Assembly (NCBI GenBank): GCA_963737635.1
Contig: CAVTTL010000001.1
Span: 512,001 to 576,000, forward strand
DNA: 64,000 nucleotides
Reading direction: 5' to 3'
Source of the DNA: an uncultured Methanoregulaceae archaeon
GTDB taxonomy: Archaea > Halobacteriota > Methanomicrobia > Methanomicrobiales > Methanospirillaceae
Position numbers and translations under genes: made by a program. The notes under the pieces are model-generated. The model was not told the DNA's origin, ran no database searches, and worked only from the letters and a program-made list of their open reading frames with translations. Below, piece after piece: positions 9,392 to 19,850 of this stretch (positions are counted from its first letter, which is position 1; each line of letters begins with the position of its first letter).

Positions 9392-10309
9392 TTACACGAG
9401 GAGGTACGCAAGGATCGGAATTGTCGCAAGGCACAGGAGTGTAGAAATAAAGACCCCCTGCGAGGCAAGTGTCGAGTCCACCTTGTATTCCTCCGAGAGC
9501 AGTACCGAATTTGCCGCAACTGGCATCGCAATTAGGAGAAGGGCGGCCCCGAGCAAGAGTTTGTCGGCGACAAAAGGTGAGAGCAGGAGAAATGCCATGA
9601 TCGGGAAGATAACGAGCCGGAGCGCTGCTACCAGATACACCCGCCAGTCCCCGGCAAGCCGTTTGGCGGGAAGGGTTGCAAGCAGCGCACCTACCACAAG
9701 CATGGCAAGCGGTGTGGTGGCCGATCCAACCAGTTCGAGACCGGCATCCACCGGTGCAGGGAGCATAATATGGGAGAGGAAGAAGGCGAGACCGGCAAAT
9801 GAGGCCACAAGACCCGGTGAAAGCAAAACTTTTGGGTCAAATTTTCCGGGCCGGCCCCGGGCAAGCAACCAGACCCCGAGGGTAAAGACAAGGAAATTGA
9901 ACGGGAGGTTGAAGAGGATCACATAGAAGAGCGAATCGGGGCCGAGTACCGCCTGTGCCACCGGGATCCCCATGAACATGGTATTAGGAAAGACCAGCAT
10001 AAATTGAAAGACCCCTTTCTCCGCTTGGGTTGAAGGAAGGAAACGGCAGATGAGAACGCTGACCAGAAACGCTGCAATGTAGTAACAGAAGGCGACGAAG
10101 AGCATGCTGTCAACGATCCCCATAGTCTTTGCCGTTTCCGGCACCTGCATGCTACTGATAGTAAGGGCAGGCAACGATATGTTGACAAGAATGTGGGAGA
10201 TCAGATGAACTCGGCCGCCATTGAGGATGCCGTACCCGCGTGCAGCAAACCCGATCCCGATAAGGACAAAAAGGGAGATAATTGCGGTAAGAATGGCGAA
10301 AGGTTCCAT
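9392..10309 (-). CDS. AEC-family (auxin efflux carrier/malate permease-like) transporter
   Basis: Multi-TM protein with NISLPAL, FPNTMFMGIP, TTPLAMLVVG and MPVAAN motifs. Confidence 0.9.
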   Translation of the reverse strand: MEPFAILTAIISLFVLIGIGFAARGYGILNGGRVHLISHILVNISLPALTISSMQVPETAKTMGIVDSMLFVAFCYYIAAFLVSVLICRFLPSTQAEKGVFQFMLVFPNTMFMGIPVAQAVLGPDSLFYVILFNLPFNFLVFTLGVWLLARGRPGKFDPKVLLSPGLVASFAGLAFFLSHIMLPAPVDAGLELVGSATTPLAMLVVGALLATLPAKRLAGDWRVYLVAALRLVIFPIMAFLLLSPFVADKLLLGAALLLIAMPVAANSVLLSEEYKVDSTLASQGVFISTLLCLATIPILAYLLV

Positions 10310-10550
10310 AGTTGAGACCCTTGACCTATGAGACTGCCAGACGCCACATACCAGAATTACACACACTTATCTGGATTGTGTGCGCTAATAGGACGCTCTG
10401 AGCGGTCTCTATCCGGCCGTGAAAAACCGCCGGCGCATGCAGGTAACAATGTTGATCTGATGCGGACTTATACATTGGGAAAGGAACAGGAGAGATCGGC
10501 GGACTGGAAAAAAGAAACAATGCGGCCGTCGCCGCAATTATCCGGCAGGT

Positions 10551-11291
10551 TCACGCTGCTGTAATTCTGTCATAAAAAAGCGCTGCGGTCACGGCTCCAC
10601 AGACGGGACCGATTACATAGATCGGAAAGTACTGCCAGAGGTTTGCACCGCTAAGCAGCCCTTCCATAAGGTACGGCCCGAACGTTCGTGCCGGGTTGAT
10701 AGATGAACCGGAGATATTACCGGCCATCGTGATCATCCCGGCGACAGTAAGCCCGATTATGAGCCCGGCAAATCCCGGCGTGGCCTGCCGGTCTACCGCG
10801 ACACCCATGATCACAAGCATGAGGACAAAGGTTGCCATGCCCTCGATAAGGATTGCCTGCCCGTACCCGATTCCCGGGAATGGTGCAGTGGCGCCAAGCC
10901 CGCCAACCGTGACCGCCTGTGGCCCGAGCGTCAAAAACAGGAGCAGGCTTCCTGCCGCGGCGCCGATGCACTGCGCAACCACATAGGCAACGGTATCACC
11001 GGCAGGAAACCGTTTTGTCGCCCATAATGCAATGGTCACCGCCGGGTTAATATGGGCACCGGAGACCCGGCCGAGCGCGTAGATCACGGCGGCGACCACG
11101 ATCCCGAACACAAGACCGATAGCAAGCCAGTCGCCAAGCCCCCCCAGCTGCCCTATCCCAACATTAAATGCCGTCGCGGGCTTGGTACCTGCTGCAATCA
11201 GCAGCGTGATCACCACCGATCCCGTCCCGAAATAGACCAAAAGAAGTGTGCCAACCCCTTCCGCAAGGCAGCGGGACGAGAGCGAGGCCAT
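10551..11291 (-). CDS. aqpM: MIP-family channel (archaeal aquaporin AqpM-like)
   Basis: Two NPA boxes (SGAHINPAVT, SSINPARTFGP) and six TM helices. Confidence 0.92.
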   Translation of the reverse strand: MASLSSRCLAEGVGTLLLVYFGTGSVVITLLIAAGTKPATAFNVGIGQLGGLGDWLAIGLVFGIVVAAVIYALGRVSGAHINPAVTIALWATKRFPAGDTVAYVVAQCIGAAAGSLLLFLTLGPQAVTVGGLGATAPFPGIGYGQAILIEGMATFVLMLVIMGVAVDRQATPGFAGLIIGLTVAGMITMAGNISGSSINPARTFGPYLMEGLLSGANLWQYFPIYVIGPVCGAVTAALFYDRITAA

Positions 11292-11503
11292 TACTTCCCC
11301 TCCTGGTACGCTTCACTGCAGTCAGGACAGAGCATCCGCGGCATCTTTTTGGGCAGCTTGCGGGAAGGGAGCGGATACCCGCCCTCCCAGACATCAATCT
11401 CTTTCCGGATTGTATGTTTCATGCAGGTGGCCATACCGCAAACTATGCAGACGGCCACAGCATCCGCATCCTTTCCCTCTCTCGCACATATATAACACTT
11501 CAT
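11291..11503 (-). CDS. DUF2180-family small Cys-rich protein
   Basis: MKCYIC...AVAVCIVCGMATCMKH...LCPDC; its stop overlaps the aqpM start; GGTGA RBS upstream. Confidence 0.8.
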   Translation of the reverse strand: MKCYICAREGKDADAVAVCIVCGMATCMKHTIRKEIDVWEGGYPLPSRKLPKKMPRMLCPDCSEAYQEGK

Positions 11504-11523
11504 TATCATCACCTTGTCTGGGA

Positions 11524-13024
11524 TCAGACCGCGTCTTTCCACTGGCAGGCGCAGTGCCGGAAGTCCATCAGAGCGGCAGATGCGCAATCCTTGCAGATCC
11601 GGGCGGGCGCGGCAGCGACAGTCTTGTTTAGGGCAATGATGTTTGTCATCAGAGTCGCAGTGACCGGCTCGCTCGTGAGCAGGCACGGATAGTCGGCAAG
11701 ACGCATCATTGCCGAGAACCGGACCGTCATCGCACAGGCCGGGTAAGCGTACCGCTGCGGGTTTGCAATGACCTCATTTTTTAGGATCGGTGAGAGATCC
11801 ACGTCAAACCCGCCAACTTTGGGCGTAAGTGCCCCGGGGGTTCCTGCCTTCATCCGGCGGGCTTTATCCACGAGTTTCCAGCCCCGGTACACCATGTCCA
11901 TGAAGTCACAGTTGTGCAGTTCGATGGCGGCCCCGCGCTTCGGGTACAGCTGGACATAGTTGTGATAGCGCTTGGTGAGCAGGTCCACAACCATGATCGC
12001 ATTGAACCCGTCGAGTTCGAGCAGGTACTCGGCAGCGCTCGCCGATGCCCCGGTCGCAAGCGAAAGCACTTCGGTCTCATTCTTGATCTTTGGCGCCGCA
12101 GCATGAAGGGTCGTGTCCATCACTTCAGTCACCGATTCAATCACTGCCATGATCACGTCGTCCTTGCACATGTTGTATGTAGACTGAGCGATATGATGAG
12201 CGATATCGCCAACGCAGTACGCCGGCACCGTGACAATGTTACCGTAGTGGACATCATCATCGATTGCAGCCCTGACTGTTCCTTTCATCTTCGTGCGGTA
12301 ATCCTTCATATACTTCCGGCAATCAAACGAGGACTGGCCCACGCTGTCCATGAGTTTTGCCTGAGCCTTGACCGGTGTCTCGTAGATGGACTGGATCATG
12401 GCGACCTCTTTTTTTACTGCGTCTGCAAGGGTCGCACCACTTTCGACTGCGTGGGCAAAGATATCCCCTATTCCGTAGGAGGTGTTCATGCCCCACGACT
12501 TTGCAGCAAGGATCGCCTGCTTGTGGGCGACCGGGATCTCCGTATTCTTCAGGATCTGGTTAACAATGTTGCTGCTGCTGCCCGGGATCAGGGCAAAGTC
12601 CACGACGCAGGTAGGGCCATAGAAGCCCGCATAGCGCCGGGCCGATTCTTTTCCTATCAGGGCTTCGGCTTTTCCCACAGCAACAACAAACGTATCCACG
12701 CTCTTCCTGAACGCCGGGTCCTCGTCACAGAGGAGCTCCATGATGACCGGCGTCTGGTAATGCTCGACAAAGGGATCGTCCTCGGGACGGATCGTTGTAG
12801 TGAGGCTTTTGAGGATCGCGTAGTGAGCGTTGACCGAGTCCATGTGAAGAGCAAAGACAGACTTTGCTCTGGGCGCCAGCCGGTTTCATACCTTTTATTG
12901 CATCAACATAGGCCTTTGTGTCATCAATGATAAATTCCTGTCCGCGCTTCTTTTTTATCTGGTTCACGTCGGCGTGCTGGGCAGCCATCGCCTCAGCGAT
13001 CATCTTTTTTACTATTTCCTGCAT
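11524..13024 (-). CDS. DUF2193-family protein (one frameshift near 12855, probably a sequence error)
   Basis: N-terminus (KKMIAEAMAAQHAD) in ORF 12725-13024 continues into ORF 11524-12843 (DDPFVEHYQTP, GFYGPTCVVDFA, YPACA, C-terminal CKDC). Confidence 0.8.
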
Positions 13025-13197
13025 ACGAATCAGACTCCCTGGCGCCCTCTTATGGGTGCCCCTATGGCAAGCATAGTGCGATCAGCTATAATATTTTTTC
13101 AGTTACGACACCTCCCGGGTCTACCCAAGGTGCAGGTAAAAAGGAACAATCTGGGACTACTATAGCATGGAGGAAGGTATATAAGCCCCGCGACCGG

Positions 13198-13907
13198 TCA
13201 AATCACCCGGTTGAGGCTGCAGGCAAGGCGCAACGAGCTGTGCACCATGTCGGTGAGGTCTTCCTGCGTGTACTGGTTTTTAGCGATCTGCTCCCAGTCC
13301 CTCGTGGTATCCTCGTTATTCTCTCCTACCCACGAAGCGATCGAGACCTCAGGGCTATGGAAGCCCAGCCAGGCAAAGAAATTTAAAAGGTTGCCTGCCA
13401 CATGTTGCATACCGTCTACGTGCCCGATAATGATGAGCCCCACGACATTATTTTTGATCATCCGGTTGCCGAACCACGAATACTGATTCTCGATACAGTT
13501 CATCCGTTCGATGAACTTCTGGACAAGCGCCGAGTGGTTGTTCCACCGGATGGGGGTGGCAAGGAAGAGGACGTCGCAATCGAGAATTGAGGTATAAACT
13601 GTGTCCATTTCGTCGTCTTTGTACTTCATCGAGGATTGGGAGGGGTAGGTGCAGTACTCCGGGTTCTCGGAGTAATTGCCTTCGCACTCGTAGATTTTGA
13701 GATCCTTAAGTCTGATAAACTTCGTTTCACAGCCGAGCGCCGTACACCGGTCGAGCGCTTCTATGAGCAGGCGTTCTGACTTGGACATACCCGGTTCCTC
13801 CAGCTTGACCCGGAGATCCCGACCACCCGGATACCCTTCACATTCGCGGTGTCCGGCGCGGGGATCGCGCCGACGCCGATTTTCCGTCCGACCAAGGGAG
13901 ATGGCAT
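13198..13907 (-). CDS. Flavodoxin-fold NADPH-dependent FMN reductase / iron-sulfur flavoprotein-like protein (frameshift near 13800)
   Basis: RVVGISGS in one frame joins SKSERLL...IYECEG...LATPIRW...KFIERM in the other; probable start MPSPLVG at 13907. Confidence 0.75.
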
Positions 13908-14233
13908 GAGGTACTCTCTTGCGCATGAAGGAATATGGGTTTGTCCCTTCGACCAAGGGAAACAGGAAGCGGATGGTCCCGGTCTGCAGGCTACTTCCTG
14001 CACATAAGAAGACCGCCACAAAGACCGGCATGATCTTGCAGCTGCGTTGCACCATCAGTCGAGGTATTGGGGGGATGATTCTTCCCGTAGTAGTCCCTGT
14101 TGTTCCAATCGGGATCTCATGATACATCCAAATCCGGATGCTTGCGTAACTTACTTCATGCAGATGGTAATTATGACCTCGATTCTGATAAATATAACTA
14201 TATATATAAAATAAGATCTAAAATTCCAACGGA

Positions 14234-14268
14234 TTTTAATGGCGTTAAAATTTTTAATGGCATTAAAA
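14234..14268. repeat. Two tandem 17-bp palindromic boxes TTTTAATGGC(G/A)TTAAAA at 18-bp period
   Basis: Boxes at 14234-14250 and 14252-14268, upstream of the UbiA-family gene. Confidence 0.75.
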
Positions 14269-14313
14269 AAAATCATACGTTTGAAATAATGAATGGTTAA
14301 GCAATTTTAATCT

Positions 14314-15171
14314 GTGAAACTTTTCGGCTCACCCACATTACATCTGCTCAATGCATCAACTATTGTAGCATGTGCCGGATGTTTTCGGATATTTGTTGCA
14401 ATTCTCCTCGCAGGAATCGCTCCGAAACCATCTGTGATAATTGCGTACGGATTGATCGTCTATTCAACCTATACACTTGACAGGGCAGTCGGCTGCGGGG
14501 AAGATGCGGTCAACCGGAGCGAACTCCTTGGCGCGAACCAGCGTATCGGGATCGGGGCAAGTATTTTCGCGTTTCTTATAGGCGCCGGACTCCTTGCTGC
14601 TGAACAAATCTACCTCGCCTCTCTCCTGCCTTTTGTCATCGGATATTTTTATTCAAAAGGATTATCCATCGGAGGATTTACCGTCAAATTGAAGGGCAGT
14701 ATGGGCAGCAAAAATATCGTGATCGGATTGACATGGGGGGGGAGCATTGCTCTTATTATCAGCCGGTATACTTCAGATATATTCACGATCGGTACGTTGT
14801 TTTTCTTCTTTGGGGTAAAGATGTTTATCAATTCAGCTCTTTATGATTTCAAGGATGTAAAAGGCGACCTTGCATCCGGTATCCGGACACTACCCGTTTG
14901 TCTTGGCCAAGCTGCGACAAAATGCCTGCTTCTCGGACTGTGCATTTCGCTGTACGCATCCATGATCTTCTCGACGTATGCAGGCTATTTACGATCTGAA
15001 TGGATCCTGCTCGCAGTAAGCTTCTTCTTTACCGCATCATTTATCAGCCTATATACTGTCGGTTTCGAGGAACGAGCACACGGTATTAAGAAGAAGTTTC
15101 GTCAATGGATGGTGATCGGCGAATGGCCGGTTGCACTTTTATTGCAATGGGCAGCCAGCCTAATTTTCTAA
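14314..15171 (+). CDS. UbiA-family prenyltransferase
   Basis: YTLDR..GCGEDAVN and INSALYDFKDVKGD..SGIRTLP aspartate-rich motifs; multi-TM. Confidence 0.85.
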   Translation: MKLFGSPTLHLLNASTIVACAGCFRIFVAILLAGIAPKPSVIIAYGLIVYSTYTLDRAVGCGEDAVNRSELLGANQRIGIGASIFAFLIGAGLLAAEQIYLASLLPFVIGYFYSKGLSIGGFTVKLKGSMGSKNIVIGLTWGGSIALIISRYTSDIFTIGTLFFFFGVKMFINSALYDFKDVKGDLASGIRTLPVCLGQAATKCLLLGLCISLYASMIFSTYAGYLRSEWILLAVSFFFTASFISLYTVGFEERAHGIKKKFRQWMVIGEWPVALLLQWAASLIF

Positions 15172-15948
15172 TTTCTTGATCCTCCGGGATCTCTTCTGGA
15201 AATACGTAAAAAGATCTTCTCCCCATTTTATTGCGGAAGGTTCGGTACTAATGAGATCCCGCTTCGTGTCAAATATCCCGTTGGAATAAAAGAGCGTAAG
15301 GGAGAGGTACATCTCGGTGGTGATATAGGAGAATTTTATTTCTCCATCAAAAACGTAAAGCTGCGCGTTGTCTAATTCCAGCCATTGGGAAATCTGTCGG
15401 GGGTAATTGGCTGCAACGATCTCAAATACGTTGCGTGTCAGGATCAGGGTCGTATCGATACCTTTTTTTCCAATCGACAAAAAGAGGTCCGGGTAGGTCG
15501 GGTGAACCATGTGCGTGATTCCCCTCACCTTGGAAGACTGTGCCAGGATATCCTGAAACTCCTTGTGGGATTCGTAAATTTCTTCATCCTTGCTCTCCAC
15601 GATCCGGATGTTCCCGAGTTCGCTAATGCGCAGGAGAAATTCCTTTGGGAGGGCGTTGATATTATGGTCCTGCCAGAATTTCTTCTCTTTCTCAAGTACT
15701 TCGAGTGTCCTGTTAAGAGGTTCCAGGAAATGGGCGACAAGCGCACCTAGCTCGGTGAGACCGTACTCTTTTCCCTTTCGGCAGATCAGTTTTTCATCTT
15801 CAAGGATTTTAATCTGGGGAAGCATCCCCGTAGAAGTGACATGAAGTGATGCCTTGATCTCCTCCCAGCTTTTCGGGCCATCTTTTAAAAGCATCAGGAG
15901 GTTTTTCCGTTTTTGTGAATAACAGATGGTACAGAGGAGATCCGCCAT
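15160..15948 (-). CDS. Winged-helix transcription regulator with C-terminal DUF1724-like domain
   Basis: SQKRKNLLMLL..GPK...LPQIKIL...YGLTELG wHTH; FWQDHNI..LP and SAIKWGEDLF motifs. Confidence 0.85.
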   Translation of the reverse strand: MADLLCTICYSQKRKNLLMLLKDGPKSWEEIKASLHVTSTGMLPQIKILEDEKLICRKGKEYGLTELGALVAHFLEPLNRTLEVLEKEKKFWQDHNINALPKEFLLRISELGNIRIVESKDEEIYESHKEFQDILAQSSKVRGITHMVHPTYPDLFLSIGKKGIDTTLILTRNVFEIVAANYPRQISQWLELDNAQLYVFDGEIKFSYITTEMYLSLTLFYSNGIFDTKRDLISTEPSAIKWGEDLFTYFQKRSRRIKKLEN

Positions 15949-16353
15949 AATTAGAATACCCTATGATCCATTTACCGTGAATTGAATTATAGGTAATGAA
16001 GCAGTATCTTCCATTCATGATTATAAAGGAAATGATCTGAGTATCTTCATCCTTCCAAAGGTTCTGCCGTTGCGATAAAAAACAGTCTAAGCGAGAGTCA
16101 TGTCGGATTCGGGAAGTATTCACCCGGCGTAGTCCACGGAAAAGTCACCCAACTCATTATCCGCATCTCTGCATCCACCCCTTAAAAAAGAGATATTATA
16201 ATTCATATAAATCTAAAATGTGCATAAAATAAGAAAGATTCCATTATTTATATCAAAAAATATTCATATATAATTATTGGATAAAAATGTGGAGAGGCCG
16301 GAATATATTACCTGGTAACGATTGGCCTGACAAAATATATAAAATTCTATAGA

Positions 16354-16388
16354 TTATAATGACGTTAAATTTTTTAATGGCGTTAAAA
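16354..16388. repeat. Second pair of 17-bp palindromic boxes (TTATAATGACGTTAAAT, TTTTAATGGCGTTAAAA) at 18-bp period
   Basis: Same motif and spacing as 14234-14268; lies between the divergent wHTH and PAS-kinase genes. Confidence 0.75.
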
Positions 16389-16704
16389 TCTTACAGACGG
16401 ATAATAATATACTTGCGTCGTCCGGATATGAAGTGTAATGTTGGATTTACTGCCCGAATAGATTGTGCGACAAAAGGCAGGATTAGCTTCCCTCCATTGG
16501 GGTTCATTTATGAGATTCGTCAAGAACATTGGAAAAAACTGGCATCTTTACAGAAAACGGTCTTCTCTTCCGAAGATAAAGTTTAGTATATGCCTGAACA
16601 AGCTCCGGCACTTGCTTACCCGAATTCAAGCCGCCCGCTTCATAGGCACACCCGGTTTGACGCTGATATCTTCAGATTACCTAAGAACAGGATCGAATTG
16701 AAGG

Positions 16705-17871
16705 ATGGATATGACCACGACAATCGATCCGGAAAAACGAGAGAGTGGCAAACACGTATCTGTTGCACTTCCTGCCGCAGATCTGTCGAAAGAGATTCTG
16801 GCAAGTATAGGCACCATCGTCCGGATGTCTTCGGCCCCCCAATTTTTAATTGATCGAAGCCATCGCGTCATCGCTTGGAGCCGGGCAATGGAAGACTTCA
16901 CCGGTATCCGAGATGAAGACGTCATCGGAACAACGCAGCATTGGAAAGCTTTCTACGATGTGAAGCGACCCTGTCTCGCTGATCTTGTGGTTGACGCTGC
17001 AGCAAGAGACCTTTCTTTCTGGTACCAGAAAAAATGGGCAGAGTCAGAGTGTGCTGATAAGGCATACGAAGCCATCGATTTTTTCCCGCGTATTGGAAAA
17101 AAGGGAAAATGGCTGCATTTCACTGCCGTTCCTATCAGGGATAACAGCGGGATTATTATAGGGACCGTTGAAAGTTTCGAAGATCTTACTCAAATGAAAC
17201 TAATGGAGCGTGCTTTACAACTCTCCGGCAAAAAGCTCCATCTCATGAATAGTATCACCTGGCATGAAATTGAAAATAAAATTACCAGTATACGGGGATA
17301 TATAGAAATTTCAAAAGAGATCACAAAAAACGAAGAATGCATGAAATGTTTCGAAGCGGAAGAGGTCCTCCTTAAAAAAATTCATGAACTTCTTAAATAC
17401 ACTGTAGATTACCAGAAGATAGGTATGCAACCCCCTCGGTGGTTGAATGTTGGGGAAACGATCCAGACGGTTCTGTCTCTGATGGATATGAGTTCACTGC
17501 GCATGAATATTAACGTTAATTCATTGGAATTATTCGGTGATCCGAGCATTGAGCTGATGTTTGCCCATCTATTGAAAAATACCCTCAACAATGGAAAGGA
17601 TGTACCAGAAATCCGGATCAACTTTGATAAAGTTCCGGAAGGTCTGCGGCTTTTATTCGAGGATAATAGTAAAGGGATTCCATTAAACAGGAAAAAAAGT
17701 TTGTTTAATGAACCCATCATCAATGCCAATAATTTTTACTTAAAGTTCATTCACGATATTCTGGAATTTTCCGGAATGAGTATCAGAGAAACCGGTGACC
17801 CCGACAAGGGTTTACGATTTGAGATACTTGTCCCGCATGGCGCATACCGAATCACCGGATCATCAGATTAA
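16705..17871 (+). CDS. PAS-domain sensor histidine kinase-like protein with a degenerate ATP lid
   Basis: PAS domain (VIAWSRAME..TG, RPCLADL), H-box-like SITWHEIENK and HATPase-like tail RFEILVP. Confidence 0.8.
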   Translation: MDMTTTIDPEKRESGKHVSVALPAADLSKEILASIGTIVRMSSAPQFLIDRSHRVIAWSRAMEDFTGIRDEDVIGTTQHWKAFYDVKRPCLADLVVDAAARDLSFWYQKKWAESECADKAYEAIDFFPRIGKKGKWLHFTAVPIRDNSGIIIGTVESFEDLTQMKLMERALQLSGKKLHLMNSITWHEIENKITSIRGYIEISKEITKNEECMKCFEAEEVLLKKIHELLKYTVDYQKIGMQPPRWLNVGETIQTVLSLMDMSSLRMNINVNSLELFGDPSIELMFAHLLKNTLNNGKDVPEIRINFDKVPEGLRLLFEDNSKGIPLNRKKSLFNEPIINANNFYLKFIHDILEFSGMSIRETGDPDKGLRFEILVPHGAYRITGSSD

Positions 17872-17987
17872 CCCGCGACTCAAGCTGATTCATGTAGTCA
17901 CCTCCTGCAAAATAATTTTGTCAAATTCGATCCTTCCCCATATGTCTAAAGCCAAACAGTATCACTATCTGAACATAAGGGGGAGAT

Positions 17988-18494
17988 ATGACCACCCTTC
18001 CGGATTCGCAGCCAGTAGAACCAACAAAAAAACCGGATAGTGAGATTCACCACGTCACGATTGCTCTCGTGGGACTTATTCTCTTCATAGTAGTGTTGAT
18101 AATTTTCTATGCAGGTTTAAGCGGGCAAGGCGGTTTAAACTCAGGAAATGCCCCCGGTATCGGACCTGCGGGAAGTACCAATGCCATGACCCCGGCAGCA
18201 ATGGAAATGCCCATCGCAGAGATCGCAACAAAGTCGGTAATATGTCAAGTGACCGGCATGTTAAGTATTTCTGGGACTGTCAAGAATAATGCCAATCATC
18301 CGCTCTCCGTAGAAATGGTTGGTGCCGGTTACGATAGTAATGATGTCGAAACAGGTACCGGATATGATACCGTCACTATCAATCTTCATGGCACCAGTCC
18401 CTCTATGATTAACGTTCTTGATGGCTGCCAGCTTGATGAAACCGGAACGTATGAGGTAAGGATAGTTGACATCAGCTGGAGACACACAACCTAA
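17988..18494 (+). CDS. Membrane-anchored hypothetical protein with a beta-rich (FxLYD-like) extracellular domain
   Basis: One TM helix, then ISGTVKNNA...GAGYDSNDVE. Confidence 0.6.
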   Translation: MTTLPDSQPVEPTKKPDSEIHHVTIALVGLILFIVVLIIFYAGLSGQGGLNSGNAPGIGPAGSTNAMTPAAMEMPIAEIATKSVICQVTGMLSISGTVKNNANHPLSVEMVGAGYDSNDVETGTGYDTVTINLHGTSPSMINVLDGCQLDETGTYEVRIVDISWRHTT

Positions 18495-18683
18495 AACACA
18501 CCGAGGAAAATCAGCTCAAAAAAGCATCTGATGGAAACCCGGGGTTTATCTTATATTTTTGTTTCTCCGCTATTCACTTCGAAGACACCCTTCTGTTTCA
18601 AGGTTGATTTGCTCAACCCAAAGTTGTCGTACCCTACTATGGGAATCCTCAAGGGGAATACTGGTCGTGATCCTGGAGATATA

Positions 18684-19817
18684 TTACACCGGGAGCGGCA
18701 TCTTCGTCGCCTCCATATTCTTTTCCATTTCAAGGATCTCAGCCAGATGAGCCTTTGTGGACGGCCCTTTTGGTACGGCCTTGCAACCGGTTGCTTTGCT
18801 CGTGGACTCCCCATAGGTACCTATCTCCCGGGCGATCGCTATCGCATCTGTCTTGTCAAACCCGATGAGAGGGCGGTAGACCGGGATTTCTGCCGAATCT
18901 GAGAGAACAACCAGATTATCGAGAGTTTGGCTTGCGACCTGTCCAAGTGATTCGCCGTTCACGATACCCTTAGCCCCGACTTTCTGTGCGACAGCCTGCG
19001 CAATACGGTACATCCGGCGTTTACAGAAGATGCAGGTGTACTTCTCCTGCCGGTTTGTGATCAGTTCCTTTTTTGCTGCCGCCAAGTATGGATCGCGTAT
19101 CACCCGGAGCCGGATATCGGGCTGGTACTTTCGCAGCACCTCCACTACCCGTTCGGCCCGGGCAAGCACGGTCTCGTCGAGGAAGGTGTCCAGCGCGACA
19201 AAGATCGGCACGATCCTGCAGCCCCGTTTCATCATCATCCACGCCGCGACCGGGGAATCGATACCTCCCGAGACAAGTGCAACGAGCGTCCCTTCGACCC
19301 CGAGCGGGAGGCCACCGGCTCCTTTTATCACCGTATCGTAGAGGTAGCACTCATCCTGCCGTATTTCGACATGGATCTCGACATCCGGGGCAGCAAGGTT
19401 CACCCTGATATGGGGGAATGCCTTCCGGACCACATCACCGAGCTCAATCGCTTTATCGTTTGATGAAAAATTGTGCTTTCCTACTCTTTTAATGCGCAGC
19501 GCAAACGTCTTTGCCTCGGGAATGCCATGTGCCCTGCTGTATTCGATAACCGCTGTTTCAAGCGGTACGTCACGAGGGACATGTTCGATTTCTGAAAATG
19601 AAACGATCCCAAAGACATGCCTGAGTTTTTCGGGATCGAGATCGCCGGTGATCCAGATTCTGCCGCGTTCGCTTTTTATCTTCAGGTCCGGGATTATCTC
19701 GCGGATGTTGTTTATCAGGACACATTCCCACTGCCGGCGCACCGGGTCCGATTTCAGGAAGATCTCCGAGTACCTGACCAGCCATTTCTTTGTCATGTTC
19801 ACATTCCTGTCCGACAC
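18684..19817 (-). CDS. thiI: tRNA 4-thiouridine synthase ThiI (THUMP + PP-loop)
   Basis: VRYSEIFLKS, GGLPLG, LVSGGIDSPVA, CIFCKR, GESLGQVASQT and RPLIG motifs. Confidence 0.93.
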   Translation of the reverse strand: MSDRNVNMTKKWLVRYSEIFLKSDPVRRQWECVLINNIREIIPDLKIKSERGRIWITGDLDPEKLRHVFGIVSFSEIEHVPRDVPLETAVIEYSRAHGIPEAKTFALRIKRVGKHNFSSNDKAIELGDVVRKAFPHIRVNLAAPDVEIHVEIRQDECYLYDTVIKGAGGLPLGVEGTLVALVSGGIDSPVAAWMMMKRGCRIVPIFVALDTFLDETVLARAERVVEVLRKYQPDIRLRVIRDPYLAAAKKELITNRQEKYTCIFCKRRMYRIAQAVAQKVGAKGIVNGESLGQVASQTLDNLVVLSDSAEIPVYRPLIGFDKTDAIAIAREIGTYGESTSKATGCKAVPKGPSTKAHLAEILEMEKNMEATKMPLPV

Positions 19818-19850
19818 TAACTCAGGCCTTTTTCCGAATTGGGGAGATTT

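Noticed and set aside
11914-12930. Long antisense ORFs (e.g. 11914-12930, 22934-23896, 875-1495, 40567-41385)
   Set aside because: Shadows of well-supported genes on the opposite strand, with no motifs.
14234-14268. CRISPR mini-array at the 18-bp repeats
   Set aside because: Units abut with no unique spacers, and there are no cas genes.
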